A stretch of DNA of 64,000 bases from Lysinibacillus sp. (GCA_032053185.1 DAMBVB010000004.1:77900-141899), one strand, 5' to 3'; numbered from the stretch's first letter, positions 16,984-29,418 are shown. A program made the numbers and translations. Notes: generated by a model not told the origin, from the sequence alone.

Positions 16984-17034
16984 CACAAAAAATACCTAGA
17001 TTCTCATTAAATTTCGCTCAAGAATCCAGGTATT
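16984..17034 (-). terminator. Intrinsic terminator after aspS
   Basis: Minus strand: AATACCTGGATTCT-loop-AGAATCTAGGTATT followed by TTTTTTGTG. Confidence 0.8.
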
Positions 17035-17046
17035 TAGGAGTATTAA

Positions 17047-18816
17047 TTATCTTTTAAATGGTTTAATTGCTAAATTTAGCTCGTTCAATTGTTCTAGAGA
17101 AACTTCACTTGGTGCATTTGTTAATAAGCAGCTTGCACTTGCTGTTTTTGGGAATGCAATTGTGTCACGTAAGTTCGTGCGGCCAGCAAGTAGCATAACG
17201 AAGCGATCAAGACCAAATGCAAGACCCGCATGTGGCGGTACACCATATTCAAATGCTTCTAATAAATAGCCAAATTGAGCTCTTGCTTCTTCTTCTGTGA
17301 AACCAAGTAAATTAAACATTTTTTCTTGTAATTCACGTTCATAAATACGTAATGAACCTCCACCAAGCTCATAACCGTTTAATACAATATCATATGCTTG
17401 TGCGCGGACAGCAGAAGGATCTGTTTCCATTAACGGAATATCTTCGTCAAATGGACGTGTGAATGGATGGTGTGCTGCATAGTAGCGACCGTCTTCTTCC
17501 GAGTACTCTAATAATGGCCACTCTGTGATCCATAGGAATGCAAATTGTGATTCGTCGATTAAGCCTAAATCTTGACCTAATTTCGTACGAAGTGCACCTA
17601 GAGCTGCTGCTACAACAGACGCTTTATCAGCTACAAATACTAAAATATCGCCCACTTCAGCTTTCATACGTTCGATTAATGCAGCTGCTAAAGCATCGTC
17701 AAAGAATTTTGCAATCGGTCCGTTTAAGCCTTCTTCCGTTACTTTTAACCAAGCAAGACCTTTTGCTCCATAAATACCAACGAATTTTGTTAGCTCGTCC
17801 ATGTCTTTACGAGAGTATTTATCTGCCGCACCTTTAATGTTGATACTCTTTACTTGCTTGCCTTGTGCTACTGTATCAGCAAACACTTTGAAATCACAAC
17901 CATCAAAAATATCATTTAAAGCAACTAGCTCTAAGCCGAAACGTACGTCAGGTTTATCTGAACCGTAACGATCCATAGCTTCTTGATATTTCATTCGTTG
18001 GAATGGAGCAGGGATATCAATGCCTTTTACTTCTTTCATAACTGCTTGGATTAAGCGTTCGTTCATTTCAATAACTTCTTCTTGCGTTAAAAAGCTTGTT
18101 TCAATATCTACTTGTGTAAACTCAGGTTGACGGTCAGCACGTAAGTCTTCATCACGGAAACAACGTGCGATTTGGAAGTATTTTTCGAAACCAGACACCA
18201 TTAATAATTGCTTAAATAGCTGCGGTGATTGTGGTAATGCATAAAATTCACCTTCATGAACACGTGATGGTACTAAATAGTCACGAGCACCTTCTGGAGA
18301 TGATTTAGTTAAAATTGGCGTTTCTACTTCTAAGAAGCCTTCGTTTTGTAAGAAGTTACGAATTGTACGAGTAACGTCTGAACGCATTTTAAATGTGTCA
18401 AACATCACAGGGCGACGTAGATCAAGATAACGATATTTTAAACGTAAATCTTCAGATACATCAGTGCGATCTTCGATTTGGAATGGTGGTGTTTTTGCCG
18501 TATTAATAACGACTAATTTTGTTGCTTCTACTTCAATTTTGCCGTTTGGTACATTTGGGTTAATTTGATCTTCTGCACGAAGAATAACTGTCCCTTCTAC
18601 TTCAATTACGTACTCACTGCGCACTTTATCGGCTAGAGCATGTGCTTCTGCAACATCGGGACTAAAGACTACCTGAGTGATTCCAGTACGGTCACGTAAA
18701 TCAATGAAAATTAAACCACCTAAATCGCGGCGACGCTGTACCCAACCTTTTAATACAACTTTTTCGCCTTTTAATGCTTCTGAAAGTTCATTACTTGCAT
18801 GTGTTCTTGTTGCCAT
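17047..18816 (-). CDS. aspS: Aspartate--tRNA ligase
   Basis: 589 aa with class IIb motifs ([37 protein letters not shown]). Confidence 0.95.
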   Translation of the reverse strand: MATRTHASNELSEALKGEKVVLKGWVQRRRDLGGLIFIDLRDRTGITQVVFSPDVAEAHALADKVRSEYVIEVEGTVILRAEDQINPNVPNGKIEVEATKLVVINTAKTPPFQIEDRTDVSEDLRLKYRYLDLRRPVMFDTFKMRSDVTRTIRNFLQNEGFLEVETPILTKSSPEGARDYLVPSRVHEGEFYALPQSPQLFKQLLMVSGFEKYFQIARCFRDEDLRADRQPEFTQVDIETSFLTQEEVIEMNERLIQAVMKEVKGIDIPAPFQRMKYQEAMDRYGSDKPDVRFGLELVALNDIFDGCDFKVFADTVAQGKQVKSINIKGAADKYSRKDMDELTKFVGIYGAKGLAWLKVTEEGLNGPIAKFFDDALAAALIERMKAEVGDILVFVADKASVVAAALGALRTKLGQDLGLIDESQFAFLWITEWPLLEYSEEDGRYYAAHHPFTRPFDEDIPLMETDPSAVRAQAYDIVLNGYELGGGSLRIYERELQEKMFNLLGFTEEEARAQFGYLLEAFEYGVPPHAGLAFGLDRFVMLLAGRTNLRDTIAFPKTASASCLLTNAPSEVSLEQLNELNLAIKPFKR

Positions 18817-18848
18817 TTATTTAATTCCTCCAAAATTTATTTGACTCA

Positions 18849-19035
18849 TCACCATAACTTAGGATTGATTTTTGTTACGACTGGGCGCTTTCCTCGGGAT
18901 GTCCGATGAGCCGCTCTATGGTTTCATCTTTGGCGCTAATCTCGAAGAAGTCGCCCAGTCTCTACTCCAATCAATTATCCACATGACGTCCGTTTTCACA
19001 AAATGTCAGCCCAAACTTTTGGTGAAGAACTTTTT
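18849..19035 (+). repeat. Mosaic repeat type A, short copy inside the hisS-aspS spacer
   Basis: GATTGATTTTTGTTACGACTGGGCGCTTTCC, then TGTCCGATGAGCCGCT, then GAAGTCGCCCAGTCTCTACTCCAATCAATT, plus an extension of about 60 nt homologous to 6895-6975 (reverse complement) and 38680-38745. Confidence 0.85.
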
Positions 19036-19203
19036 ATTTTACTTATGTAGCATACAGTTCCTACTAAATAGTGAATTAATGCCAAAGAAAAATAGCCATT
19101 CATTGTTAGATGAATTATCTGTCCAAATGACGTAGATACTTGAATCATTTGGACAAATCATCCTGTATGAATATATAAACGATTTATAGTATAACAGATT
19201 CGT

Positions 19204-20469
19204 TTATTGTTTTAATAAGTAGTTCACTAATTCAGAGAACGCTACTTTTTGTTGTTCACCTGATTCCATATGTTTAACAGTCGCTACTTGCTCTTCAAGC
19301 TCTGTTTCGCCTAAAACAATCGTATATTTTGCACCTAAACGGTCTGCCGATTTCATTTGAGCTTTCATTTTGCGATCTAAATAATCCATCTCCGTAGAAA
19401 TGCCCTTAGCACGGAAGGTACTTGTCAATTCTACAGTTTTTAGCTTCGCCTCTTCGCCCATAGCAATCATATAGACATCGAGTCCTGATGCTGTGTCTAA
19501 TTCAACACCCTCAGCTTCAAGTGCAAGCAACAAACGCTCAATACTTAAGGCAAAACCGATACCTGGTACTTCCGGTCCACCAATTTCTTGCACAAGGCCA
19601 TTATAGCGACCCCCACCACAAAGTGTAGTAATGGCTCCAAAGCCAGAAGCTGTTGACATAATTTCAAAAGTCGTATGATTGTAATAATCAAGACCTCTTA
19701 CAAGATTTGGATCGACCTCATACGAAATTCCCAATGTATCTAAATACGTTTTAACTTGAGCGAAATATGCTGCTGACTCCTCTGTTAGGAAATCAGGTAA
19801 GGCAGGTGCAGATTTCATTAATGGGTGCTCGCGGTCTACCTTACAGTCTAAAATGCGCAGTGGATTTTTTTGCAAACGATTTTGGCAATCCGAACAAAAC
19901 TCATGAATATGTGGTTCGAAGTGTTGTAGCAGTGCTGTACGGTGTGCGTCTCGTGTATCTTTGTCGCCAAGTGAATTAATGACTAATTTTAAATCCTTTA
20001 AACCTGCTGATTCATAGACATCCATTGCTAGTGCTATAACTTCTGCATCAATAGCTGGGTCAGCTGAACCAATTGCCTCTACGCCAAATTGAACAAATTG
20101 ACGGTAGCGCCCTGCTTGTTGACGTTCATAACGGAACATTGGTCCTAAATAGGAAAGCTTTACTGGCTGGTCAGGTGCGCCAAACATTTTATGTTCAACA
20201 TATGCGCGAACTACTCCAGCTGTATTCTCCGGACGTAATGTTAACGAACGGCCACCGCGATCTTCAAATGTATACATTTCCTTTTGAACAACATCTGTTG
20301 TTTCACCGACACCACGAGCAAATAAATCTGTTTGCTCAAAAATTGGTGTTCGAATTTCGTTGTAACGATAGACACGACAGATATCACGGATAACTGCTTC
20401 TATCTTATGCCATTTTTCAGATTGACCTGGCAAAATATCTTGCGTCCCTCTTGGCACTTTAAAACTCAT
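19204..20469 (-). CDS. hisS: Histidine--tRNA ligase
   Basis: 421 aa with [39 protein letters not shown] and GGGRYNGL motifs. Confidence 0.95.
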   Translation of the reverse strand: MSFKVPRGTQDILPGQSEKWHKIEAVIRDICRVYRYNEIRTPIFEQTDLFARGVGETTDVVQKEMYTFEDRGGRSLTLRPENTAGVVRAYVEHKMFGAPDQPVKLSYLGPMFRYERQQAGRYRQFVQFGVEAIGSADPAIDAEVIALAMDVYESAGLKDLKLVINSLGDKDTRDAHRTALLQHFEPHIHEFCSDCQNRLQKNPLRILDCKVDREHPLMKSAPALPDFLTEESAAYFAQVKTYLDTLGISYEVDPNLVRGLDYYNHTTFEIMSTASGFGAITTLCGGGRYNGLVQEIGGPEVPGIGFALSIERLLLALEAEGVELDTASGLDVYMIAMGEEAKLKTVELTSTFRAKGISTEMDYLDRKMKAQMKSADRLGAKYTIVLGETELEEQVATVKHMESGEQQKVAFSELVNYLLKQ

Positions 20470-20536
20470 AGAAATACCTCCTTTATAAATTGCTTATGAG
20501 CAAGCTGTCTTTTGGACTTCTCACATTTTTTGTCCA

Positions 20537-20795
20537 ATAAAAAAGCTCTCGCCTCCTTGCGTAATGCAAGGGACGAGAGCTGTACAAGCTTCCGCGGTTC
20601 CACCCTAGTTGACGCATCAAATACATGCGTCCTTCTCCTAATCGGATAACGGCCGATTCCGTTTTTTCCTACTAAGCATTACTTTTCAGAAAAAAACCTC
20701 TCAAGTGTTGTTCACAATATACATTTTTGTAGGAAAGATTTCAGCCTAGGTCTTTCCCTCTCTTCTCCAATAGAGGTATATGCTACTTGCTTGGT
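20537..20795 (-). promoter_or_regulatory. T-box leader (tRNA-sensing riboswitch) upstream of hisS
   Basis: The minus strand carries AGAGAGGGAAAG (stem I AG bay) and the T-box core CTAGGGTGGAACCGCGG (plus 20591-20604). A terminator follows: AGCTCTCGTCCCTTGC...GCAAGGAGGCGAGAGCT plus a U-run (plus 20537-20580). Specifier not resolved. Confidence 0.8.
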
Positions 20796-20969
20796 CATAA
20801 GCGGTTAATCATTTTTTGATTACCCTTTATGTTAGTCATAACAAAAGGCAATGTCAACTATTTTTATTTTTTTTACGATACATTCGGTAAAATAATAAAT
20901 TCCATACCTTTTTCCCACGAATTCTATTACAAAAGCATGGTAAAATAGCACAAGAATAGGAGGAATCTG

Positions 20970-22553
20970 ATGAGGACAAAACTTTTAAATAGTAGTATCA
21001 TCTCCATACTAGTGCTAATGATTGCGATTCCAAGTATAAATAATGTTAAAAGAGCATTAGCCGACACCAGTGATTTAAAAGTAACTGGAACGATTCTCCA
21101 TTTACGTGAGGGACCTGGACTGTCTTATCCAATCATTACGACATTAGATGAGGGTGATTCGCTAACTTCTATTGGTCGTGAGGGTGATTGGATTCAAGTA
21201 AAAGCAGGCGATTACGAAGGTTGGGTAGCATCTTGGCTAACAGCTTCAATAAACGATAAACAAACGATTGATAAAACGTTGATTTCACAAGTCGATCGTC
21301 TAAATATTCGTACTGAGCCTGACATATCTTCAGCAGTTCTTGGACAATTATCAATAGGCAACCAGGCAAAACTTATTGAAAAAAATGGCGAATGGGCGAA
21401 AATAGATTGGAACGGACTAGTAGGTTGGGTATCTACTGACTATGTTACAATCAATGACCTATCTGAAAAAAAGGTTAAGGCCGAGGCTGATGAATCTAAA
21501 GTTGAAGTATCTACAAAAAAAATCAACAAAGATGCAACCTTTACAGTTTTAGTGGATGCACTGAATGTGCGCCAAAAGCCCGACTTAAATGCTAAAAAAA
21601 TAGGAACTGTTTCAAAGGGACAAGCATTTAAAGTGCTGGCTCAAGAGCATAACTGGGTACAAATTCAATATAGCGATAAAAAAGCAGGCTGGGTTTATAG
21701 CTTTTATGGTACTTTTTCAAATATAGAAAATACGACATCAAAATCTGCTGCTTCTTCCTCAGAGCTTGAAACTGTCACAATCATTTATAATGGGACAAAC
21801 CTACGGACAGATGCAACAACAACTGCTGATGTTGTTGTACGTGTAGATGCTGGGGAAACCTACCCTATTGTAGGCGCTAAAAATGACTTTTACGAAATAC
21901 AAGTAGATGACAAAACTGCATTTGTAGCGAACTGGGTCGTGACTACTACTTCGTCGAGCAAAGCCGCTACTGCTGTAAAAAAGGAAAAATCTGAACCACG
22001 CAAAAAAGGCACTTTAAATGGGCTAACGATTGTCGTAGATGCTGGACATGGAGGAAATGATCACGGCACTACCGGACAACGTGGAACAAATGAGAAGGAA
22101 ATTACATTGAAAACAGCCTCTCTTCTTGCTTCAAAGTTGAGTGCTGCTGGAGCAAATGTTGTCATGACAAGAGAATCAGATGAATATGTAGCACTCCGTA
22201 AACGCGTATCAATTGCGCACCAGTATGAGGCAGATGCTTTTATTAGTATTCATTATGATGCAATAGATGATAGCTCCATTAATGGCTTCACCTCCTATTA
22301 TATGAACAGCAATCAACAAGGTCTTGCAGAGGCAATAAATAATGGACTTTCAAATAAAATCGATCTAAAAAATCGCGGTACCCAACAAGGAAATTATTTA
22401 GTTCTACGAGAAAATCGTCAACAAGCCGCCCTCATTGAGCTGGGCTACTTAAGTAATAGTAGTGAGGAACGTGTTATTACGTCCGCTAAATTCCGTGAAC
22501 AAGCTACTCTCGGCATCTACCAAGGCATTTTAAATTACTTTAACGAAAAATAA
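20970..22553 (+). CDS. N-acetylmuramoyl-L-alanine amidase with N-terminal signal and multiple SH3b repeats (YrvJ-like)
   Basis: 527 aa. It has repeated LNVRxxP...GWV SH3b-type units and a C-terminal Amidase_3 domain (IVVDAGHGGNDHGT...ISIHYDA). Confidence 0.85.
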   Translation: MRTKLLNSSIISILVLMIAIPSINNVKRALADTSDLKVTGTILHLREGPGLSYPIITTLDEGDSLTSIGREGDWIQVKAGDYEGWVASWLTASINDKQTIDKTLISQVDRLNIRTEPDISSAVLGQLSIGNQAKLIEKNGEWAKIDWNGLVGWVSTDYVTINDLSEKKVKAEADESKVEVSTKKINKDATFTVLVDALNVRQKPDLNAKKIGTVSKGQAFKVLAQEHNWVQIQYSDKKAGWVYSFYGTFSNIENTTSKSAASSSELETVTIIYNGTNLRTDATTTADVVVRVDAGETYPIVGAKNDFYEIQVDDKTAFVANWVVTTTSSSKAATAVKKEKSEPRKKGTLNGLTIVVDAGHGGNDHGTTGQRGTNEKEITLKTASLLASKLSAAGANVVMTRESDEYVALRKRVSIAHQYEADAFISIHYDAIDDSSINGFTSYYMNSNQQGLAEAINNGLSNKIDLKNRGTQQGNYLVLRENRQQAALIELGYLSNSSEERVITSAKFREQATLGIYQGILNYFNEK

Positions 22554-22607
22554 GCGGGGACTTTCTTCATCCCCACTTATTCTATTATAATGTGGGATAA
22601 AAAATAA

Positions 22608-22651
22608 GCTGCAAAGGAAAGTAAACTTGTACTTCCCTTGCAGCTTTTTTT
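22608..22651 (+). terminator. Intrinsic terminator after the amidase gene
   Basis: GCTGCAAAGGAAAG-loop-CTTCCCTTGCAGC followed by TTTTTTT. Confidence 0.8.
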
Positions 22652-22769
22652 ATGATGATCCATCAATTATGAGACGGTTGTAAATAACGCTTTCACTATA
22701 GTAGTCATAAAGCAAGTCAAAGTCATGATGTTTGCCGATTTTACACACGCTCCAACTTACATTACACGC

Positions 22770-22985
22770 TTATTTTTTCCTTGTTGCTAGCGTAACCCAT
22801 ACAATTTCCTTCATACTAATGAAAAATGGTGTACGGCTAACCTCTAAAACAACATCGTCAGGTAATACAGAGATTAATTTTCCCTGCTGAATATTTTTCT
22901 TCGTTTGCACTACAATTGCCTGACCAATCATCATGTTAAGAGTTTCGTATAAATATGGATTTGATATGCTTCCTACCTGCATCAT
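22770..22985 (-). CDS. Small conserved Bacillaceae protein, possibly Lsm-like/DUF2642
   Basis: 71 aa. The pattern GQAIVVQTKKNIQQGKLISVLPDDVVLEV resembles DUF2642-type small proteins. Assignment is tentative. Confidence 0.4.
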   Translation of the reverse strand: MMQVGSISNPYLYETLNMMIGQAIVVQTKKNIQQGKLISVLPDDVVLEVSRTPFFISMKEIVWVTLATRKK

Positions 22986-23058
22986 CTTTCATACACTTCC
23001 TTCCTAAAAAACGAACCATACTAATTAATGTATGAAGGAATCATAGGAAATGTACCAT

Positions 23059-23499
23059 TTATTTGGACTCAAGAAGTATTGTAATAGGACCATCATTTGT
23101 CAGTGCAACATCCATCATTGCACCGAATATTCCTGTCTCCACATGTAAACCGTGTTCACGTAAGGAATTATTAAAAGCCTCCCATAACGGTTCCGCAACT
23201 TCTGGCCTTGCTGCACTTGTAAAACTCGGACGATTCCCCTTTTTTGCATCCCCATACAATGTAAATTGTGAAACGGATAGAATAGCCCCTCCATGCTCTA
23301 AAATGGAATGATTCATTTTTCCATCAGCATCTTCCCAAAGACGGAGATTTGCTACTTTTTTTGCTAAATATGCAACATCCTCTTGCTTGTCTTCGTGTGT
23401 AATGCCCACTAGAAGAACATAACCGCTATCAATAGCTCCCGTTACTTTTCCGTCAACTGTAACAGAGGCTGCTTTACTACGTTGTAAAACTACTTTCAT
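23059..23499 (-). CDS. dtd: D-aminoacyl-tRNA deacylase
   Basis: 146 aa with [17 protein letters not shown]...SQFTLYGD...GNRPSF. Confidence 0.95.
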   Translation of the reverse strand: MKVVLQRSKAASVTVDGKVTGAIDSGYVLLVGITHEDKQEDVAYLAKKVANLRLWEDADGKMNHSILEHGGAILSVSQFTLYGDAKKGNRPSFTSAARPEVAEPLWEAFNNSLREHGLHVETGIFGAMMDVALTNDGPITILLESK

Positions 23500-23583
23500 T
23501 CTTTAAAACCTCAATTCTCGCTTTGAATGAACAAGAAGATCCACTTTCAGTACATTAAAGTCACCACTGTCCAACCATCCCCA

Positions 23584-25779
23584 TTAGTTAATAACACGTT
23601 GCACTGAATATATATCAGGTGTTTGCTTAATACGTTCCACCACTTTATGCAAATGCGAAATATTTGAAATCGAAATCGTTAAATGAATCGTTGCCATTTT
23701 ATCACGATCTGCACGACCACTCACTGCTAAAATATTCGTTTTTGTTTCGCTAACAATTTGCATGATTTCATTTAAAATGCCTGGTCTATCGAAGGCTGAA
23801 ACTTCAATATCGACAGGGTATTCTTTTTTCTCTGGCGTCAGTCCGTGTTCCCATTCAACCTCAATTAAGCGCTCCTGCTCATCTTCTACTTGGATATTTG
23901 GACAGTCTGCACGGTGCACTGAAACACCTCTTCCTTTCGTAATGAAGCCTACAATTTCATCACCAGGAACTGGCGTACAGCAACGTGAAAGTCGAATAAG
24001 CATATTGTCGATATCTTTTACGATAACACCCGATTCCGTACGTTTTTGTGGAATAGGGTGTTTCATTTTTTGCTCAATTTTCTCAAGCGCTTCTTCCTGT
24101 TCACGCTCTTTGCGACGTTTTTCCGCTAGGCGATTAGCAACTTGCTGAGCTGTAATTCCATTTACGCCGACAGCAGCATATAAATCTTCTTCATTTGTGT
24201 AGTTAAATTTTTCGCATACACGCTTCAAGTTTTCCGCCGACATTGTTTCTTTGACGTCAAAATCTTGTGCACGGATTTCCTTTTCAATCATCTCTTTACC
24301 TTTGATGATATTTTCCTCACGAAGATGACGTTTGAAAAACTGCTTTATTTTATTTTTCGCCTGTGAGGATTGAGCTATTTTTAGCCAATCACGGCTTGGA
24401 CCAAAAGATTGCTTAGACGTTAAAATTTCAATAATATCTCCGGTTTTTAACGGTGTATCAAGCGGTACCATTTTACCATTGATTTTTGCGCCAATTGTAC
24501 GATTTCCAACTTCTGAATGCACACGGTATGCGAAGTCGATAGGTACAGAGCCCGCTGGCAATTCAATGACATCTCCTTCAGGCGTGAATACGTAGACCAT
24601 ATCAGAGAATAAATCGAATTTTAAAGATTCCATAAATTCTTCAGCATTAGAAGATTCGTTTTGGAATTCTAAAATTTCTCGGAACCAGGTTAATTTTTGG
24701 TCGACATTTTGTTTTGCATTATCAACTTTTTTACCTTCTTTATACGCCCAATGCGCTGCAATCCCGTACTCGGCAATTTTATGCATTTCCTTTGTACGAA
24801 TTTGAACTTCTAATGGGTCACCATAAGGACCAATGACTGTTGTATGCAGTGATTGATATAGGTTTTGTTTTGGCATCGCAATATAATCTTTAAAACGTCC
24901 AGGCATTGGCTTCCATAATGTATGCACAATCCCAAGTACGGCATAGCAATCTTTAATACTATCGACAAGTACACGAATGGCTAATAAATCATAAATCTCG
25001 TTGAATTGTTTCTTTTGTAACACCATCTTACGATAAATACTGTAAATATGTTTTGGGCGACCATAAATATCCGCTTCAATTTCAACCTCTGTAAGCTGTG
25101 ACTTCATCTCAGCCATGACATTGTCTAAATAGGCTTCACGCTCATCACGTTTTTTCTTCATAAGGCTGACAATGCGATAATATTGCTGTGGATTTAAATA
25201 ACGAAGTGCTGTATCCTCAAGCTCCCATTTAACAGTCGAAATCCCAAGCCGATGCGCAAGTGGTGCAAAAATTTCAAGCGTTTCTTTAGAAATACGGCGT
25301 TGTTTTTCTGCTGGTAAATGCTTTAACGTGCGCATATTATGTAGGCGGTCTGCCAGTTTAATCAAAATGACACGAATATCTTGCGCCATCGCTACAAACA
25401 TTTTTCGATGATTTTCTGCTTGTTGCGCTTCTTTAGATAAATATTTAATTTTCCCTAGTTTTGTTACACCGTCTACAAGCATCGCAACCTCTTCGCCGAA
25501 TTCACGAACTAAATCGTCGCGCGTAAAATCCGTATCCTCGACAACATCATGTAAAAACCCAGCCGCAACTGTTTCAGGATCCATTTGCAATTCAGCTAAA
25601 ATACCAGCTACTTGCACAGGGTGAATAATATACGGTTCACCCGAGCTTCGGAATTGCTCAATATGGGCATCCCTTGCTAATTCATATGCTTTTTTCACGA
25701 ATGCGACATTTTTCTCATTCATGTAGGATTTGACTAACTCAAAAACGTCCCCGGGAGTCAAAATTTGCTCTTTCGCCAT
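23584..25779 (-). CDS. relA: Bifunctional (p)ppGpp synthetase/hydrolase RelA/SpoT homologue
   Basis: 731 aa with HD domain (HDVVEDT), synthetase domain, TGS and a C-terminal ACT. Confidence 0.95.
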   Translation of the reverse strand: MAKEQILTPGDVFELVKSYMNEKNVAFVKKAYELARDAHIEQFRSSGEPYIIHPVQVAGILAELQMDPETVAAGFLHDVVEDTDFTRDDLVREFGEEVAMLVDGVTKLGKIKYLSKEAQQAENHRKMFVAMAQDIRVILIKLADRLHNMRTLKHLPAEKQRRISKETLEIFAPLAHRLGISTVKWELEDTALRYLNPQQYYRIVSLMKKKRDEREAYLDNVMAEMKSQLTEVEIEADIYGRPKHIYSIYRKMVLQKKQFNEIYDLLAIRVLVDSIKDCYAVLGIVHTLWKPMPGRFKDYIAMPKQNLYQSLHTTVIGPYGDPLEVQIRTKEMHKIAEYGIAAHWAYKEGKKVDNAKQNVDQKLTWFREILEFQNESSNAEEFMESLKFDLFSDMVYVFTPEGDVIELPAGSVPIDFAYRVHSEVGNRTIGAKINGKMVPLDTPLKTGDIIEILTSKQSFGPSRDWLKIAQSSQAKNKIKQFFKRHLREENIIKGKEMIEKEIRAQDFDVKETMSAENLKRVCEKFNYTNEEDLYAAVGVNGITAQQVANRLAEKRRKEREQEEALEKIEQKMKHPIPQKRTESGVIVKDIDNMLIRLSRCCTPVPGDEIVGFITKGRGVSVHRADCPNIQVEDEQERLIEVEWEHGLTPEKKEYPVDIEVSAFDRPGILNEIMQIVSETKTNILAVSGRADRDKMATIHLTISISNISHLHKVVERIKQTPDIYSVQRVIN

Positions 25780-25927
25780 AACATGTCCACCTTGCTCGTC
25801 AAATTTTTCAGATTAGATATAAACTTAATTGTATAAAATATTATGCGCTATTGTAAAGTAACTGTGTCATTTTGTTTAGTTATTCTCGTGAACAATGTGA
25901 AAAATGGAAAAAATATCCCCATAAACA

Positions 25928-25970
25928 AATAAAAAGACCCTTGGCGAATGTAATATTTCGCAAAGGGTCT
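25928..25970 (-). terminator. Intrinsic terminator after psuG
   Basis: Minus strand: AGACCCTTTGCGAA-loop-TTCGCCAAGGGTCT followed by TTTTTATTT. Confidence 0.8.
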
Positions 25971-25976
25971 CGTTGT

Positions 25977-26891
25977 TTAGCTTAATTTATTATATGCTAC
26001 AGCAATTTTTGACCCAACTACTGCATTATTTTTTACTAATGCAATATTGGCATCAAGACTTTTACCTGCTGTTAATTCTTTAACTTTTCCAAGTAAGAAT
26101 GGTGTCACGTTTTTACCGTGAATACCGTTTTCTTCTGCTTCTACTAAAGCTTTTTCAATGATTTCTGTAATAAATGCATTCTCAAGCGCTTCAGACTCTG
26201 GAATTGGGTTAGCAATGACAGCACCACCTTTTAAGCCTAATTGCCATTTTGCACGTAGCATTTCTGCCACTTCCTCTGGTGTATCAATCTTGAAGTTTAC
26301 ATCAAAACCACTTTGACGTGTATAAAATGCTGGCAGTTCATCTGTACCGTATCCAACAACTGGTACACCTTTTGTTTCAAGATATTCTAAAGTTAAACCA
26401 ATATCTAAAATGGACTTAGCACCCGCACAAATGACAGCAACATTTGTTTGTGCTAATTCTTCTAAGTCTGCCGAAATATCCATTGTTGTTTCAGCACCAC
26501 GGTGTACGCCACCGATACCGCCAGTTACAAAAATTTCGATACCAGCTAGCTCCGCACAAATCATTGTTGCAGCTACAGTTGTTGCTCCTAATTTTTTTGA
26601 TGCTAAAAGATAGCCTAAGTCACGACGAGATGCTTTTGCTACACCTTGTGCATTACCGAACATTTCAAGCTCTTCATCCGATAAACCAATTTTGATTTTA
26701 CCATCGATTAATGCAATGGTTGCAGGTACTGCACCATTATCACGAATAATTTGTTCTACTTCTCGTGCTGTTTGTACATTTTGTGGATAGGGCATTCCGT
26801 GAGAAATAATTGTTGATTCTAATGCTACGATTGGTAAACCTTTCGCTTGCCCTGCTTTTACTTCTTCTGATAATACGATGAATTCTTTCAT
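25977..26891 (-). CDS. psuG: Pseudouridine-5'-phosphate glycosidase
   Basis: Internal start [11 protein letters not shown]. Contains [17 protein letters not shown] and GGIGGVHRG motifs. Confidence 0.9.
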   Translation of the reverse strand: MKEFIVLSEEVKAGQAKGLPIVALESTIISHGMPYPQNVQTAREVEQIIRDNGAVPATIALIDGKIKIGLSDEELEMFGNAQGVAKASRRDLGYLLASKKLGATTVAATMICAELAGIEIFVTGGIGGVHRGAETTMDISADLEELAQTNVAVICAGAKSILDIGLTLEYLETKGVPVVGYGTDELPAFYTRQSGFDVNFKIDTPEEVAEMLRAKWQLGLKGGAVIANPIPESEALENAFITEIIEKALVEAEENGIHGKNVTPFLLGKVKELTAGKSLDANIALVKNNAVVGSKIAVAYNKLS

Positions 26892-26895
26892 GTTG

Positions 26896-27987
26896 TTATT
26901 CCTCCATTTCACTGTTTAACAAATCTACTGATAGCTCAGGTCTTACGGTATATGGGGATGCAAGTGTATTTTTGGCATTCGTTAAGCCTGCATCAATACA
27001 TGTTGCAAAGGGTTGCCCAGTAAGCCAGCTATGGATTACAGCACTGACAAAGGCGTCTCCTGCACCTGTTACATCTTCAATTTTTTCTATAGCTTTAGCT
27101 GCGAATTGACTTGGCTTCGTTGTAGTGGAAGCTGCATACACACCCTTGCTACCCGCAGTAATAATTACCTGTTCAGCACCTAATGTAAGAAGTTGCTGTA
27201 AAGCCTTTTCGTACTGCGCAGAATTTTCGATTTTATGACCAACAATCGTCTCTGCTTCATCTGTGTTACAAATAAACCATGTCACACCTTGTAACGTATC
27301 CGGTAATCGATTTATTTTTGGCGAAGATACCGGTACGATGACAAATGGAATGTCACGGGCAATTGCCACCTGCTGAATGTAAGCCACTGTTTCCTTTGGA
27401 CAGTTTAAGTCCATAATAAAGCAGCCCGCATTCATTAGCATTGCCTCATGTTTTTTTAGCAAACTTGGCAATAAAAGATCGTATACTTCCATATTTGCTA
27501 CTGCTAGCGCTAGCTCGCCCTGCTCATCCATAACCGCAGTATAGGAACCAGTCGAAGCGTCAGGTAACTGCTCCACATAACGTAAATTCATAAATGGCTC
27601 AGAAGCTTCTTGGACCACTTGCCAATCAGCATCTTTGCCGGCAGTAGTCAGCAGGGTTACTTGATGATTTAATCTACCTAAGTTTTCAGCAATGTTTCGC
27701 CCAACACCCCCTACACTAAATGAAGAGCTAGCAGGATTGGACGTACCGAATTGAACATTCCCTTTGACATGAAACTTTCGGTCGAGATTGGCTCCACCGA
27801 TACAAATGATTTCATTTTCCTCGGGCAAAATATAAGCACGACCTACAATTTTCCCCTGCTTCGTTAAGCTCGACACTAAATTAGCAAGAACTGGACGAGA
27901 TAGCTTCATGTGATCGGCCATCTCTTGTTGAGACATAAACGGATTCTGGCGAATTAATGCAAGGACCGCCTGTTCTCTTTCATTCAT
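26896..27987 (-). CDS. psuK: PfkB-family pseudouridine kinase-like protein with N-terminal HTH domain
   Basis: 363 aa. The N-terminal wHTH is [37 protein letters not shown] and GAGDAF are ribokinase-family motifs. Coupled to psuG. Confidence 0.8.
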   Translation of the reverse strand: MNEREQAVLALIRQNPFMSQQEMADHMKLSRPVLANLVSSLTKQGKIVGRAYILPEENEIICIGGANLDRKFHVKGNVQFGTSNPASSSFSVGGVGRNIAENLGRLNHQVTLLTTAGKDADWQVVQEASEPFMNLRYVEQLPDASTGSYTAVMDEQGELALAVANMEVYDLLLPSLLKKHEAMLMNAGCFIMDLNCPKETVAYIQQVAIARDIPFVIVPVSSPKINRLPDTLQGVTWFICNTDEAETIVGHKIENSAQYEKALQQLLTLGAEQVIITAGSKGVYAASTTTKPSQFAAKAIEKIEDVTGAGDAFVSAVIHSWLTGQPFATCIDAGLTNAKNTLASPYTVRPELSVDLLNSEMEE

Positions 27988-28164
27988 AGCATCACCTTTT
28001 ATTATATTTGTTTATATTATAAACTTTTGTTTGAACAATGTCAAAAAATTTTCACCTGAAAAAGTTGAAGCCGCTATGATACCGGCTTTAACTACATGCT
28101 GTTATAACGATTGCTTCAATGCAATGAAGGTGTCGTATAGGCTCTTCGACAAAGCGACTATTTC

Positions 28165-28215
28165 ACTTAGTATGTATCTTGTGCGAAAGAGAAGCGGCAA
28201 CAAAAACAAAATCGG
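28165..28215. repeat. Isolated GCGAAAG-type module fragment
   Basis: TTGTGCGAAAGAGAAGCGGCAACAAAAACAAAATCGGAGGAACGG resembles the 35-bp unit and the GGCGGAACGGAAATC arm. Confidence 0.45.
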
Positions 28216-28760
28216 AGGAACGGCTCGATGCTGTAAAATGCTGACCGCTGATAAAATACCAAGAATCGCACCCACACCGAACGAGTAACCTAGTTAGCAA
28301 GTATTGGCATGATGAGGTGTTTGTTTTTTCACGATGATGACAAATAAACTTGCCAATGCATAGAACGGAAAAAGGCTCAAGTATATGAATTGAACAACTT
28401 ATAGATAAGGCCTCCACCATAAGCAGCTCCTACTTATGATGCGAAAATAATGCAACTTTTATTTGTACCAAAAATTTGTCTAGAAATACGCATCGTTGGA
28501 GGCACTGTTGCAATCCAATCTTATCCATGAAATATTGTAAAAATTGTCAGTAAAGTGAGCGACCCTTGCATTAATAGTAGAGGCTTTCCTCTTAAAAGGT
28601 AATACCAAAACCAATGCCTACAAGATTAAACACGCCCATAAAAGAAAGTACAGCGGTTACTCATACATCCCCCTGATGATGACAGTGTATTACCCTGCAA
28701 CTATAATGAGAAAAAGGTTACGACTAAAATAAACCAGCTATAATGAATACGCTTCTTCAT
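28205..28760 (-). pseudogene. MFS transporter remnant (multiple frame breaks and internal deletions)
   Basis: Own translation: MKKRIHYSWFILVVTFFSL* at 28760 and the C-terminal piece GYSFGVGAILGILSAVSILQHRAVPP at about 28290-28215. Only about 550 bp remain, far shorter than a typical MFS transporter gene. Confidence 0.55.
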
Positions 28761-28892
28761 CTTGACACCTTCATTTCTTGAAAGATTTTTGAAGTACTCT
28801 TTCATGAAAAAATTATCTCCCTAGCATAATTCCCCTTTTGACAAGATAATTGCTTTCCCTCCTACCATAACTCTTGGCTTATTTTTATTGAT

Positions 28893-29237
28893 TCATTTTG
28901 TCACAATGTTAGAAGGCCTGCCCATGCTATGCCCTTGAAGGAACAAGTAGTCTTGGTTATATTCGTTTAAAATATTGTTATGAAAAAGATAATAGGTTAG
29001 CGCCCCATTTGAGGTACCTGTTGCAGCTTCCTCATCAATACCGTAGAGTGGGCAAAAGTTTCTAACCTCTGCTACCCCTTCTTTTGTGTCGAGCGTAAAT
29101 ACATGAACGCCCCCCACTTTATTGACCTTTGTATAGTCAGCAAGTGTCTTAAAATCAGGGTTTAAAGCATACAAATCATCCTTTGTTTTTATCGGAAGCA
29201 TTATATCCCAAAGACCGGTACTTGCAGCCTGAGGCAC
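28893..29237 (-). pseudogene. PhzF-family isomerase, C-terminal fragment only
   Basis: 114 aa ending ...NFCPLYGIDEEAATGTSNGALTYYL...GRPSNIVTK. There is no N-terminal half upstream, whereas full-length PhzF-family proteins are much longer. Confidence 0.6.
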
Positions 29238-29361
29238 TAAATTGTAATTTATATTGCCTTATCCATTTTGAAGAAGCTAGACAAAATATCATAATCATCG
29301 AATATTTTTCCTAACATCTCATTACCTTCTCAATCTTTTCAAACTAACCAATTTACGCACA

Positions 29362-29395
29362 TAAAAAAGCGCCACAACGATGTGACGCTTTTTGT
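29362..29395 (-). terminator. Intrinsic (bidirectional-looking) terminator after apt
   Basis: GCGTCACA-TCGT-TGTGGCGC followed by TTTTTT on the minus strand, with a T-run on the plus strand as well. Confidence 0.75.
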
Positions 29396-29418
29396 TTTCT
29401 TTATTAAAAGAAATGGTA

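Noticed and set aside
28031-28420. ORFs 28031..28288 (+) and 28163..28420 (-) considered as real small proteins.
   Set aside because: They cover the MFS C-terminal relic and a repeat fragment. They have no RBS, and the sequence is better explained as pseudogene debris.
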